A stretch of 63,999 nucleotides of DNA, the filler included, from Licmophora abbreviata (lineage: Eukaryota), in the NCBI GenBank assembly GCA_900291995.1. It is 15 parts of 15 records of this genome, joined end to end, with 100 filler letters (N's around TTAATTAATTAA, not from the genome) between each part and the next. Parts side by side here need not be neighbours in the genome. Positions count along the whole stretch, not along the records: positions 55,434 to 61,112 come from OLMU01003424.1; positions 61,213 to 62,844 come from OLMU01003425.1; positions 62,945 to 63,999 come from OLMU01003462.1; 12 more parts are not named here. One strand, 5' to 3'. Shown here one piece after another: positions 55,452 through 63,999 of this stretch. Both the position numbers and the translations under genes were made by a program. The first letter of the stretch is position 1. Each line of letters starts with the position of its first letter. A model generated the notes under the pieces. It was not told where the DNA came from, ran no database searches, and saw nothing but the letters and a program-made list of their open reading frames with translations.

Positions 55452-56705
55452 ATGGCGACTTCCTCCCTCACCAACGGCAGCAATGGCCGCGGAAGCAGCA
55501 CTTCTGTCGTACCAGTGCCTCTGCCCTCACACCACAAGCGCGGCGGAGGAGCTCTGATTGCGACGATTCTGAGCGTTTACGATCTTCCGCGCAGTGAGCC
55601 GCCTTCTTGTGTGTCATTGCAGGCTGACGGAACGACGGTCGCCAAGACGGGTCCTCCTACGAGCCGCCACAAGGATCGCAACTCGTTCCGGTTCGTTAGC
55701 AAGCAGATTCTTCGTATTGACGCACCCTTGCGGGACTTGTATCCCACCAACGCCAAGTTAACGGTGGAGTATCCGAATCCCGCCAACAATTGGACTGCCG
55801 ACGTGGTGCTCAAGACGCTCCCCATTCAAGAAACAACTTGGCTCATTCTGAATCTCGAACCTGCGACTGCAAGTGCCCCCACTCCTTCCAATGACGAGGA
55901 GGAGGAAACTCCGACGCTGCGACTGCAGATGCGGTTGGAGGGACCGTATCGCATGGAAATTGGTGCTCTTGTGAATCTTGCTCGACAGTGGTTCGGTGTC
56001 ATGGACGCCATCGAGGACGGAACGCGCAGTCTAGTCAAAAGCGCACCAGACATACCATCCGCGAAGTATCTACTGGTTCCAGCCGTGCCTCTGGCGGCGG
56101 GGGCGGTCGTGCTAGCTCCCGTACTCGCCGGTGTCCTCGTGGTCGGACTGCCGGTCTTCTTGCCGATTCTGGTCGTCGTGCTTGGAGTCGTTGGGGCCAC
56201 AGCTCTGGTCGGAACCGCCATGTGGGCCAGTACCAAGAGCGGACGTGGACAAGTTGGAGGTATGTTTGCACCCATGGTTCAGACGCTCTTGTCGACTCCC
56301 AGCGGACAGAATATTGTGTACGAAACAGGTCCTCGCCCGACCCCAGTTTCTGTCGCTCGCACGGTGCTGCCGCAAGATCTCTTGGGTAAACTCATCGTAA
56401 GTCTCTTGATCGATCTGATTGGAAGTAGTAGTTACTTAATTCCGGTGGTGGGAGAGGCGCTGGATCTGACTTGGGCCCCCGTACAGACAATCTTGATAAT
56501 GGCCATGTACGACAGCGTATCTCCAAACTTGAAGTACGTGAGTTTCCTCGAGGAGATCCTGCCCTTTACCGACGTCGTGCCCTCAGCGACGATTGGATGG
56601 GCGTCCGAGTTTGGTCCCCAGATTCTGCCGTTGGGCTCCGGAAATGGTGCATCTGCTGTGGGTTCCGCACCTCCGGCGAGCAGTTCGATCGCTCCTCGAC
56701 CATGA
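55452..56705 (+). CDS. Membrane protein with a C2-like N-terminal domain, a hydrophobic hairpin and a conserved C-terminal membrane domain
   Basis: Long ORF; C-terminal IDLIGSSSYLIPVVGEALDLTWAP...FLEEILPFTDVVPSATIGW. Confidence 0.65.
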   Translation: MATSSLTNGSNGRGSSTSVVPVPLPSHHKRGGGALIATILSVYDLPRSEPPSCVSLQADGTTVAKTGPPTSRHKDRNSFRFVSKQILRIDAPLRDLYPTNAKLTVEYPNPANNWTADVVLKTLPIQETTWLILNLEPATASAPTPSNDEEEETPTLRLQMRLEGPYRMEIGALVNLARQWFGVMDAIEDGTRSLVKSAPDIPSAKYLLVPAVPLAAGAVVLAPVLAGVLVVGLPVFLPILVVVLGVVGATALVGTAMWASTKSGRGQVGGMFAPMVQTLLSTPSGQNIVYETGPRPTPVSVARTVLPQDLLGKLIVSLLIDLIGSSSYLIPVVGEALDLTWAPVQTILIMAMYDSVSPNLKYVSFLEEILPFTDVVPSATIGWASEFGPQILPLGSGNGASAVGSAPPASSSIAPRP

Positions 56706-56965
56706 GCCAAACAACCTTCTAAGAGATCTGACAAGGCAATGGGGTCGCGGTGAACAATTAGGACCGCCGAGGACTTGACTCGACTATCAATCAGGAGCAG
56801 TTTCCGCTAGAGAAATGTTACATACGTATAGAAAAAAACCGATTTCGATAGTTAGTGATGCATTTCAAAGTTGACGGGTCGATGTAAGCATCGGTCTCGC
56901 CACACTGTTAGCGCGTCGCTCCCTCCGCTCAATTTAAGGGGCGAAGAGGTTGGGTGATGCAGCCA

Positions 56966-57151
56966 CGCCGATTGCTACTGTCGCAATCCTCTGCGCCAAT
57001 AGTCAATATTAACCAGGGTCTCTGCTGTGAGCTACCTACAGCAACGTCCGGACGACATCGCCGTGGTGTCTATTGGTTGCCGATTGCTCCTCTCACAACC
57101 CCCCGGGTCAACATTGACCAGAGACTCTGTTGTGAGCTACCAACGGCAACG
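56966..57151. repeat. Two-copy imperfect direct repeat (core 57002-57046 and 57107-57151)
   Basis: gtcaatattaaccagggtctctgctgtgagctacctacagcaacg versus gtcaacattgaccagagactctgttgtgagctaccaacggcaacg, each preceded by gccgattgc. Confidence 0.75.
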
Positions 57152-57319
57152 AAGAAATACTTATTCTTTCATAAGGGTGTTTTAGAGTTATATTTGCTCT
57201 TGCAAAAGTGGGTGTGAGTTATATTTTCAGGCGTGTAGACAAGACGGTACAGATCCTTCTATTGTAGCGCACGGCGGTCGGGAGAAAGCCCCGTTGTATA
57301 AGTTGTAATAAGGACAGAG

Positions 57320-58363
57320 CTATGAGCGCGGTGGCCGCGAAGATGAGTCCGCACGCCGGCGAGACGTTTGCTGTTCAGATCCGCCTGAGGACGGTGTCGA
57401 CGGTGCACTACTTTTGCTGCTGGAGCTGGAGTAGATCTTGACCGAGTCGGGGACAACGTCGTCTTCGTCCAGTTCCATCGACTGGGGCGCAGCGGGTCGT
57501 TCTGACGACTCTTCGGCCTCTTGTTCTTCTTCACTAGATGACGAGTCGTCCAGCTTGACGTTGGGATCATGGACATTCTGCAAGAGGCGAACCATTTTGA
57601 GAGAACTGTGCGAGTCTGTTGCGACGATTCTTCGCAATTGATCCGTGCCTCCCTCATTGACCTTGAATTGGTGAAAGAGAGGCATCGGTGGTCGCTTCTC
57701 TACCATATGGGAGATTTTTGAATCGAAGTAAAGAGTGGAGGTGATCGTCTCATCTTCACACGTGTTGAGGGTGTGGGCGTCGCTGGCGTCGTCGACGGCG
57801 ATGTTATCTTCGCGTATAGGAGTGGCAAAGCAGAGCGCATTGGCGACCCCTTGATGATTGCTGAGAAAGCGAGAAAACGAGTTAGCGGCGGTCTTCCCTA
57901 CCGGACTTCGTCTAGGAGAAGCAGAATCGTAGGGTCGACTCCGGAAGATGTCATTCCGACGTGCAGAGGGAGACTTTCTCCCCTTGGAGCTATGCTGCCG
58001 CATCGAGGACGCAATCTTTTTCAGCGCGTACTTTCGACGGATGGGCGGGTTCGCGGCGAGCTTAGCCTTCGCTAGGGCTTGCGCGTACTCCAAGTCAACG
58101 ACACCGATCGACGCAGACGACTTCTTCCGCGGTATCCCCTTGTGACTTGACGGTGATCCCGCCTTGCTCGTGGGATCTGAAAAGAGAGAATCCCACTCCT
58201 TGTCCTGCAGTTCCACGCGACTCGTTCGCCGCCGGATCTCTGTGGTGTGATCTGCATGCTCACCGTCGGACCCTTTCGAACTATTTCTTCCGCCAGTGGT
58301 CGCATGGTTTGACACAGATCCAAAGCAGCGGCACACCGAATCGAATATTTCATGGACGACCAT
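57320..58363 (-). CDS. Hypothetical, largely disordered protein
   Basis: 347-aa ORF starting at ATG; no recognised domain. Confidence 0.6.
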   Translation of the reverse strand: MVVHEIFDSVCRCFGSVSNHATTGGRNSSKGSDGEHADHTTEIRRRTSRVELQDKEWDSLFSDPTSKAGSPSSHKGIPRKKSSASIGVVDLEYAQALAKAKLAANPPIRRKYALKKIASSMRQHSSKGRKSPSARRNDIFRSRPYDSASPRRSPVGKTAANSFSRFLSNHQGVANALCFATPIREDNIAVDDASDAHTLNTCEDETITSTLYFDSKISHMVEKRPPMPLFHQFKVNEGGTDQLRRIVATDSHSSLKMVRLLQNVHDPNVKLDDSSSSEEEQEAEESSERPAAPQSMELDEDDVVPDSVKIYSSSSSKSSAPSTPSSGGSEQQTSRRRADSSSRPPRS

Positions 58364-59297
58364 TGTGCAGCGCAGCTCAAAACTGGATTAAGTGGTGCGT
58401 ACTTCACGGGCCTCGTCCCTTTCCAAGCTCCTGCAGCTTTCCTGTCAATCGCCAGCGTTTCTTGTCGACCCCTATGCTTCCCGGAAAAGAATTCCAGCGA
58501 AAATAAGGCAGCTATCCTAGAGTCGCGGCTCGTTCAGCGACGTGTCCTCTGATGGCAGCCGGGCGTGAAAAGCGCTCGCCAAATAGGTACGGGAATCTCC
58601 GGTCAGAAAAGGCCGGGTTCGATCAATCTTCGATATTGCTTGGCTCGCAGATTGTCTGTTGTATCATTGACGCTCCCAACAATCCAATCGTGTGCTTTCA
58701 CCGGTTCTTTGTCGACCTCTCACAGTCTATGGCTGAGTGTTGTTGTGATCGTTGTGTTCGGTTGCGCGCCTTGTTGACTCTTGCGAAAGACGCTTTCGTG
58801 AGCCGGGCCAGCACTAAATTTTGGAGGGAAAGATTGAAGTGATCGGCGTGCGCGCCACGTCCGTTGAATGGCTTACGTGGTCTGGATTAATTTATACAAG
58901 ATCGAGGATCTGCATTAACGGAAAAGAAGCATAGAATAGCTTGGAGTGGAATTTCCGGTTAATGCAAGTAATATTCATCTACAGGATTGATTATAATAAT
59001 CGACATAATTACATACACAAGCACATTCTTACAAAGTTCGTGTTTGAATATATTAATATAAAATTCGAATTTTCACTCTTTTTGAGGCAGGGAGGTGGTG
59101 AGTGAATGAGCATTACAGCTCCGCGTCTGTTCTTCTGACGGGAAGGATGCAACATCGACACGAGCTCTCGTCAGGTCCATCTGCATTCGAGGGGGCACGA
59201 GCACGCACGAAGAATGCTTCCCAGTACGGAATGATAACACAATACAATCTACGGTGACATCCTCTCTATCACAATATATTTCATTCATATCTATCTA

Positions 59298-60644
59298 TCA
59301 AAGGGTGGTGGACTTGAGTGGGACAAGAGTTCCTCCCACAATCATGCCCAAAATAACAAGGAGCGCTGTTTCAAACATCTCCCGGAATTGCTCAATTCCT
59401 TCTTCCCTATTGCCCGCGGCCGATGAAGCTAGCCCCAGAAAACCGATGCTACCACTGACGAGAACCAAACTTGCTGGTGCCGTGTAGACCACTGCTGGTC
59501 GGTTCGTCAGCCTTTGGATGACATTTGCAGTGACTGCCATGCAGACGGAGCCAAAGAAGGTGCCGAAGTCGGCACTCACCAAACGCTCTCCGAGTCGAGC
59601 GAAGCCGTACGCCGCGGTTGTGACAAGGTATGCACCTAGGAGTCCTCGGGACGGCGTTCGGAAGTAAAAAGGTAGCACGAACACCAGTATCGGCACTCCA
59701 ACACCCAACCAGACTGGATCGATCTTTAAATCTTTCGGCTTCTCCGGAACGTCAGTAAACGCGTCGACCAAAGCAAACCCTAGCCAGCACGCCCCAAACT
59801 GTTTGAACAACGTCAGGACACCACGAATGATGTTGTGACTTCCGGACAAAGTATTCAAACTGACCAGTTCTGCAACGCCTAACGTGATGGTGAACCCCGG
59901 GATTTCGATCATGATGCCGCCAAGTGCTACCAAAACCATGTCGATCTCAGGAAAGCCCAGTTTCGTGAGAGTCGCGCAGAGGCCGACAAAAAATGAGTAC
60001 ACGACGGGTAGCCAGCGGGTCATGATTTCGTCGTCGAACCAGGGCAGAGGATACTCAGCTGCTAACCAGACAACGGTGTGCGTGATACCCACGCTAAAGA
60101 GTGCCGCAAAGCCAGCATCTATCCAGGCCACTCGAAAGAGACTCGAGAATCCAAAGCCTGCACCGGCATAACAGATCGCAAGGACGCTTGTAGGCCACGG
60201 CTTTGGCTTTCTTTCGATCTGTTTTATCTTCTCGAGAGCATCGACGATGGATATTTTCCGTGAAAGAACGTCTGCCTCGATAGTGGATAGTTTATCGAGT
60301 CGATCGGCCCTGTTTCCAGGCGACGCTCGCATGTGGTAGACTCGTTGCGAACAATCCTCACGGTCAGTCTCAAAGGCAAAAACAATTTGTTGTGGAGAAA
60401 CGAAGAAAGTTCCCCTATGGCCCAAGCTTGTAGTCAGGTTTTTGAGGTTGCGTTCGACCAACCAACAAACGGTCCCGTACTCGTACGCCAAACAGCCCAT
60501 GCGAACGACCAAGCGGCATACATCGTTGAAATCTTCAGCGGGTGGAGTCTTTTCACCTGTTTCCACGTCCTCTACCACTCCTCTGTCATGGTCAGCGCCA
60601 TCAGACATAGTTTTAGTGGAGCACACACTTGGTTCCGAAGACAT
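59298..60644 (-). CDS. Threonine/serine exporter family (ThrE + ThrE_2) membrane protein
   Basis: G..AYEYGT...VER, about 10 TM helices, IPGFTITLGVAEL, LVSGSIGF. Confidence 0.82.
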   Translation of the reverse strand: MSSEPSVCSTKTMSDGADHDRGVVEDVETGEKTPPAEDFNDVCRLVVRMGCLAYEYGTVCWLVERNLKNLTTSLGHRGTFFVSPQQIVFAFETDREDCSQRVYHMRASPGNRADRLDKLSTIEADVLSRKISIVDALEKIKQIERKPKPWPTSVLAICYAGAGFGFSSLFRVAWIDAGFAALFSVGITHTVVWLAAEYPLPWFDDEIMTRWLPVVYSFFVGLCATLTKLGFPEIDMVLVALGGIMIEIPGFTITLGVAELVSLNTLSGSHNIIRGVLTLFKQFGACWLGFALVDAFTDVPEKPKDLKIDPVWLGVGVPILVFVLPFYFRTPSRGLLGAYLVTTAAYGFARLGERLVSADFGTFFGSVCMAVTANVIQRLTNRPAVVYTAPASLVLVSGSIGFLGLASSAAGNREEGIEQFREMFETALLVILGMIVGGTLVPLKSTTL

Positions 60645-60895
60645 ATCTCTTGGGGCATGGCGGTGAGGACGAGATTGCAGAATTGCTATTTGTAGTTTCG
60701 GGGGACCATGGAGGATGGAGGAAGTCTTTCCCACGACGACGACGAGCCGGCATCCATTTATTTTTGTCGGAGTTGACAGTTTGTTGTTTTTGGCGGGAAG
60801 CGCGCGAACGCGCATATGACCTTTCGGCGGTTAGTATTCTCATTTTTTTTATCACAAAAAAGAAGAACAAGCAAACGGGTGGAGTTCGCATCACC

Positions 60896-61112
60896 ATGAC
60901 AGCACGACGGTCTTTGCGATCTTGCTCAGCGCTATTGGTTCTTTTTGCCTTATTCTACACGCCGGCACAATGTATTGGCTTTACGAATCCTACTGCGAAG
61001 AATATTATGGATAAAAGGGAACAAAAGTTGGTCGACGACAAGAATCGACCTCCCAAATTCGAGAAACCCAGAGTAGGCCTATCTGCTCGAAGGGCAAGGA
61101 GCGAAGGCGACG
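60896..61112 (+). CDS. N-terminus of a signal-peptide protein, truncated by a gap
   Basis: MTARRSLRSCSALLVLFALFYTPAQC, open into the gap. Confidence 0.45.
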
Positions 61113-61434
61113 NNNNNNNNNNNNNNNNNNNNNNNNNNNNNNNNNNNNNNNNNNNNTTAATTAATTAANNNNNNNNNNNNNNNNNNNNNNNNNNNNNNNN
61201 NNNNNNNNNNNNGTTGATATTTCTCATGTCCAATGGTCTAATCTAGTCGTCTTTTTCAAATTATATGACTTCCGCTGATGGTTATGCTGGTATAGGCGAT
61301 GTTTTGTACCAACTGAGCGTGTGGCGTCGGGTGTCGGACGTGTTGGAGTGGTGGTTCTCTTGAAGTCTGTTCCTCTAATATTATGTCTTGACATTGGTTC
61401 CTTGTTCCTTGACTTATCGACGTCGCGGATAAAG

Positions 61435-62667
61435 CTACTGGTCCGTTTTCACTCGTACTTTGACGAAGCGATCGCGACCGTACATGTCGGGGTGGCTGGA
61501 CTCGAATATGACCGGACTATCACGTTCCTCTTCTAAACTGTCACGCAGTAGTTTTGGATGTGTAGGGTCAACTTCCATCCAGCAGACAGCCCCCGGACTA
61601 GTCCATTCCGGTAGAAGCCTTACAATGTCACGAACGACATCCATACCATCCACGCCTCCGCACAACGCCGTATGGCTTTCGTACGCCGACACCACGGCAC
61701 GCAGATCAGCCATGTCCGACTTTGGAATATATGGGGGATTGCTGACGACAATGTCAAACGGAGCTTGACCATCATCCAAAGTGAAGTCAGCAGCGGAACA
61801 GAGTATCGCTTTGTAGGACGACTCGGCTCGCGCCCCCAGAATCCGATTGGCATTCTCACATGACGTCTCGGTGGCGATAGGTTCCACATCGATTGCCAGG
61901 ACCTGCGCCCGGGGCAGCATAGCAGCCAACGAGACTCCAATTGCGCCTGTTCCACATCCGATGTCAAGTATACGGACGCTTCTCTCTCCGTATCCGTCTA
62001 TCTCGTTCTTGATATCTTCTGTGACCATGAGTACCAACTCTTCCGTTTCAGGACGAGGGCACAGCAAAGGAGCCCGAATTCGAAAAGTGTAGTCGAGAAA
62101 GTCCCACCGACCCAAAATGTACTGAAGTGGCTCATGTCTACCTCGACGCTGCAACATTTGGTCATATGTGCTCAACTCCTCTTCTGTAAGGATCCGCGAG
62201 ACAAGCGCCTTGTCGTCATGGAGGCCATTCAGAACAGTCCGCAGTTGGGAGAACCCATTCGACCAAGACAGCCCTAGCGCCTGCGCCAGTAGCTGTGTCA
62301 CTGATGATTCCGGTTCTGGAACTTGTCTGGCTTCAAGCCACTGCTTGGACTCTGTCAGCACTTCCAGTACCGATCGGCCAGCGGTAATAGGCTCGTCTGT
62401 TCTGAGAGACATCGAGGCGGTCGTCGTGATCGTTGCGCCATATCGCAAGGCTGGGAATCTTCGCGAGTCTTTTACTAGCATCCTCGGGGAATAAGACAGT
62501 AACGAACTCCTCCTCCCAAAGTTCCGCGGTAGGGTCCTCGCACTCTGTCTCGTCGCTTTCGCTGTTCGAAACGCCGCCGACACTGAACCGTCGGGGCGTC
62601 TTGGCGCGCCAAACAGAAACGCCAACATGACGCCGACGTGAGCAGTTTTCCAGTACCAAAAGTTCAT
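61435..62667 (-). CDS. prmC: Release-factor glutamine methyltransferase (PrmC/HemK), organelle-targeted
   Basis: RR..HEPLQYILG.WDF, LCPRPETEELV, LDIGCGTGAI, DIVVSNPPYI, ALCGGVDG; N-terminal presequence. Confidence 0.92.
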   Translation of the reverse strand: MNFWYWKTAHVGVMLAFLFGAPRRPDGSVSAAFRTAKATRQSARTLPRNFGRRSSLLSYSPRMLVKDSRRFPALRYGATITTTASMSLRTDEPITAGRSVLEVLTESKQWLEARQVPEPESSVTQLLAQALGLSWSNGFSQLRTVLNGLHDDKALVSRILTEEELSTYDQMLQRRGRHEPLQYILGRWDFLDYTFRIRAPLLCPRPETEELVLMVTEDIKNEIDGYGERSVRILDIGCGTGAIGVSLAAMLPRAQVLAIDVEPIATETSCENANRILGARAESSYKAILCSAADFTLDDGQAPFDIVVSNPPYIPKSDMADLRAVVSAYESHTALCGGVDGMDVVRDIVRLLPEWTSPGAVCWMEVDPTHPKLLRDSLEEERDSPVIFESSHPDMYGRDRFVKVRVKTDQ

Positions 62668-63390
62668 GGACGTTTCATCTACCGTCGCGTTGCTTTCAGT
62701 GCATCATTTTATTGCCCAGCCTATCAGGGTACCTGGTACTGCTGCACCAGGAACATCATTGACCCGGCGGCGATGATGCCAACCAGGGTTTCTTTGTCGA
62801 TTGGCGCGCGAAACTTCTAAACATCGTTTGGGTTATGAGTTGAANNNNNNNNNNNNNNNNNNNNNNNNNNNNNNNNNNNNNNNNNNNNTTAATTAATTAA
62901 NNNNNNNNNNNNNNNNNNNNNNNNNNNNNNNNNNNNNNNNNNNNACGTCGTAGCGGTTTTAGTCGGACGTGCAAAGAACTTAACACCTTATTGAACGGCT
63001 CATTTTCAAAGCATCTGGTAGGCGGACGGAGTGACTGAAAAACAAGAAGCTAACAACATGGAAACGAATCAGTGAGAGTCCAACGAGTCCTTTCCCTAGC
63101 GGATTGCCAGAAAACCATAAGGTTTGCGGTCGTGGTGGCCGATGCATGAGCGTACTATACGACTGACAACGAAGTAGACTGATCGCGTCTTGGACCTTCG
63201 CCCCTGCTCATTTCGAAACCAAGCTCAAGCGAATTCGCGGTTGTGGATACGGTAGGCCGCACTTCCACTCAAGATATCGAGGACGGGGCGGATCCGACAG
63301 AGCGGTGTCGATATCTTTTCTCATACGAGATCCCATGACAAGCTCTTGCCGGTCGCTCATATGGACGTCGAAGCCACGTTGGGGTTGTCC

Positions 63391-63979
63391 TTAACTTGAA
63401 GATTGCAGTGCGTTTTGCCATTTTCTGTTTGCATGCTTGGTGAAGAACGGTCCAAGCACCAGAAGGAGCAGTCCAAAATAGCTGACTGGGGTAGCTGCCA
63501 GTCCAACGGCAATAGCACAAATGGCGGTATCAACCATCGCGTCCACCACGAAGTAGTCAAGTTTATCATTTTGATCACGCACCCCTTCTTTCAGCAAATG
63601 CTTTTTGCGTCTCACCTCCCAAACCATGAGTCCCATCAACCCTCTATTCAAGGTCAAAACAAGAGTATAATGGATAGCGCCTCCTGTTCTATCCAGTGCA
63701 TTGATCAACGCAGTCGCAACGGGCGTATAGACAATACTTAGCATCCAAAGAAAGTTGAGGCGGTCCAAGAGATTCGAAAAACCGCCCACCAAGCCAAAAA
63801 GCTGAGAATGTCCCTTCCAAAACGACGCTACAACGAAGAACGAGATCGCTGTGCTCTCGATACCAGTCGACTGCCGACGCTTCTTCCGATTTACTCGCGT
63901 CGTCCATCAAAATTAACAGTGTCATGGCAATGGCAACTACCGCATCCGTAAAAGCAATGCACCTTTCAGAATCGTCGAG
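63391..63979 (-). pseudogene. TMEM175 (DUF1211) K+ channel-like gene with a frameshift and apparent small deletion near 63845; 5' exon outside the window
   Basis: ERCIAFTDAVVAIAMTLLIL in one frame; SFFVVASFWKGHSQLF..LNFLWMLSIVYTPVATAL in another. Confidence 0.65.
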
Positions 63980-63999
63980 CTGTCTTTGTCAGGTGTTAT

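Noticed and set aside
6352..62944. Recurrent TTAATTAATTAA flanked by N runs as a biological repeat
   Set aside because: Identical 100-nt artificial scaffolding spacer with stops in all six frames
1..63999. Bacterial contamination explaining the bacterial-like domains; also tRNA, rRNA or mobile elements
   Set aside because: The FG-GAP genes and one ATP-grasp gene contain spliceosomal introns and share contigs with eukaryotic genes; no RNA gene or transposon signatures were recognised

Overview
Compact eukaryotic genomic scaffold with short GT-AG introns of about 70-165 nt and densely packed genes. The gene content suggests a stramenopile alga, most likely a diatom (inference). It is broken by 14 artificial 100-nt gap linkers (N44-TTAATTAATTAA-N44); several gap flanks overlap, so genes run across them. 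Housekeeping genes: SDF2, two ASF1 paralogs, RPL7, CCT6, Sac1-like phosphatase, Alba/Rpp25, DGDG synthase, rhomboid, PrmC/HemK, ThrE, a small HSP and TMEM175. The region at about 2.7-31 kb is dominated by duplicated secretory-pathway genes. The most notable are three signal-peptide proteins that fuse a divergent LSMT-type SET domain to a bacterial-type TupA-like ATP-grasp ligase; one is probably SP-ATPgrasp-SET-ATPgrasp. They are interleaved with two secreted FG-GAP/Calx-beta/Cys-rich proteins, sulfotransferases, a GH125 mannosidase and two secretory 2OG-Fe(II) oxygenases, a candidate extracellular-matrix or cell-wall polymer tailoring system. All domain calls come from motif recognition by eye; no database searches were run.
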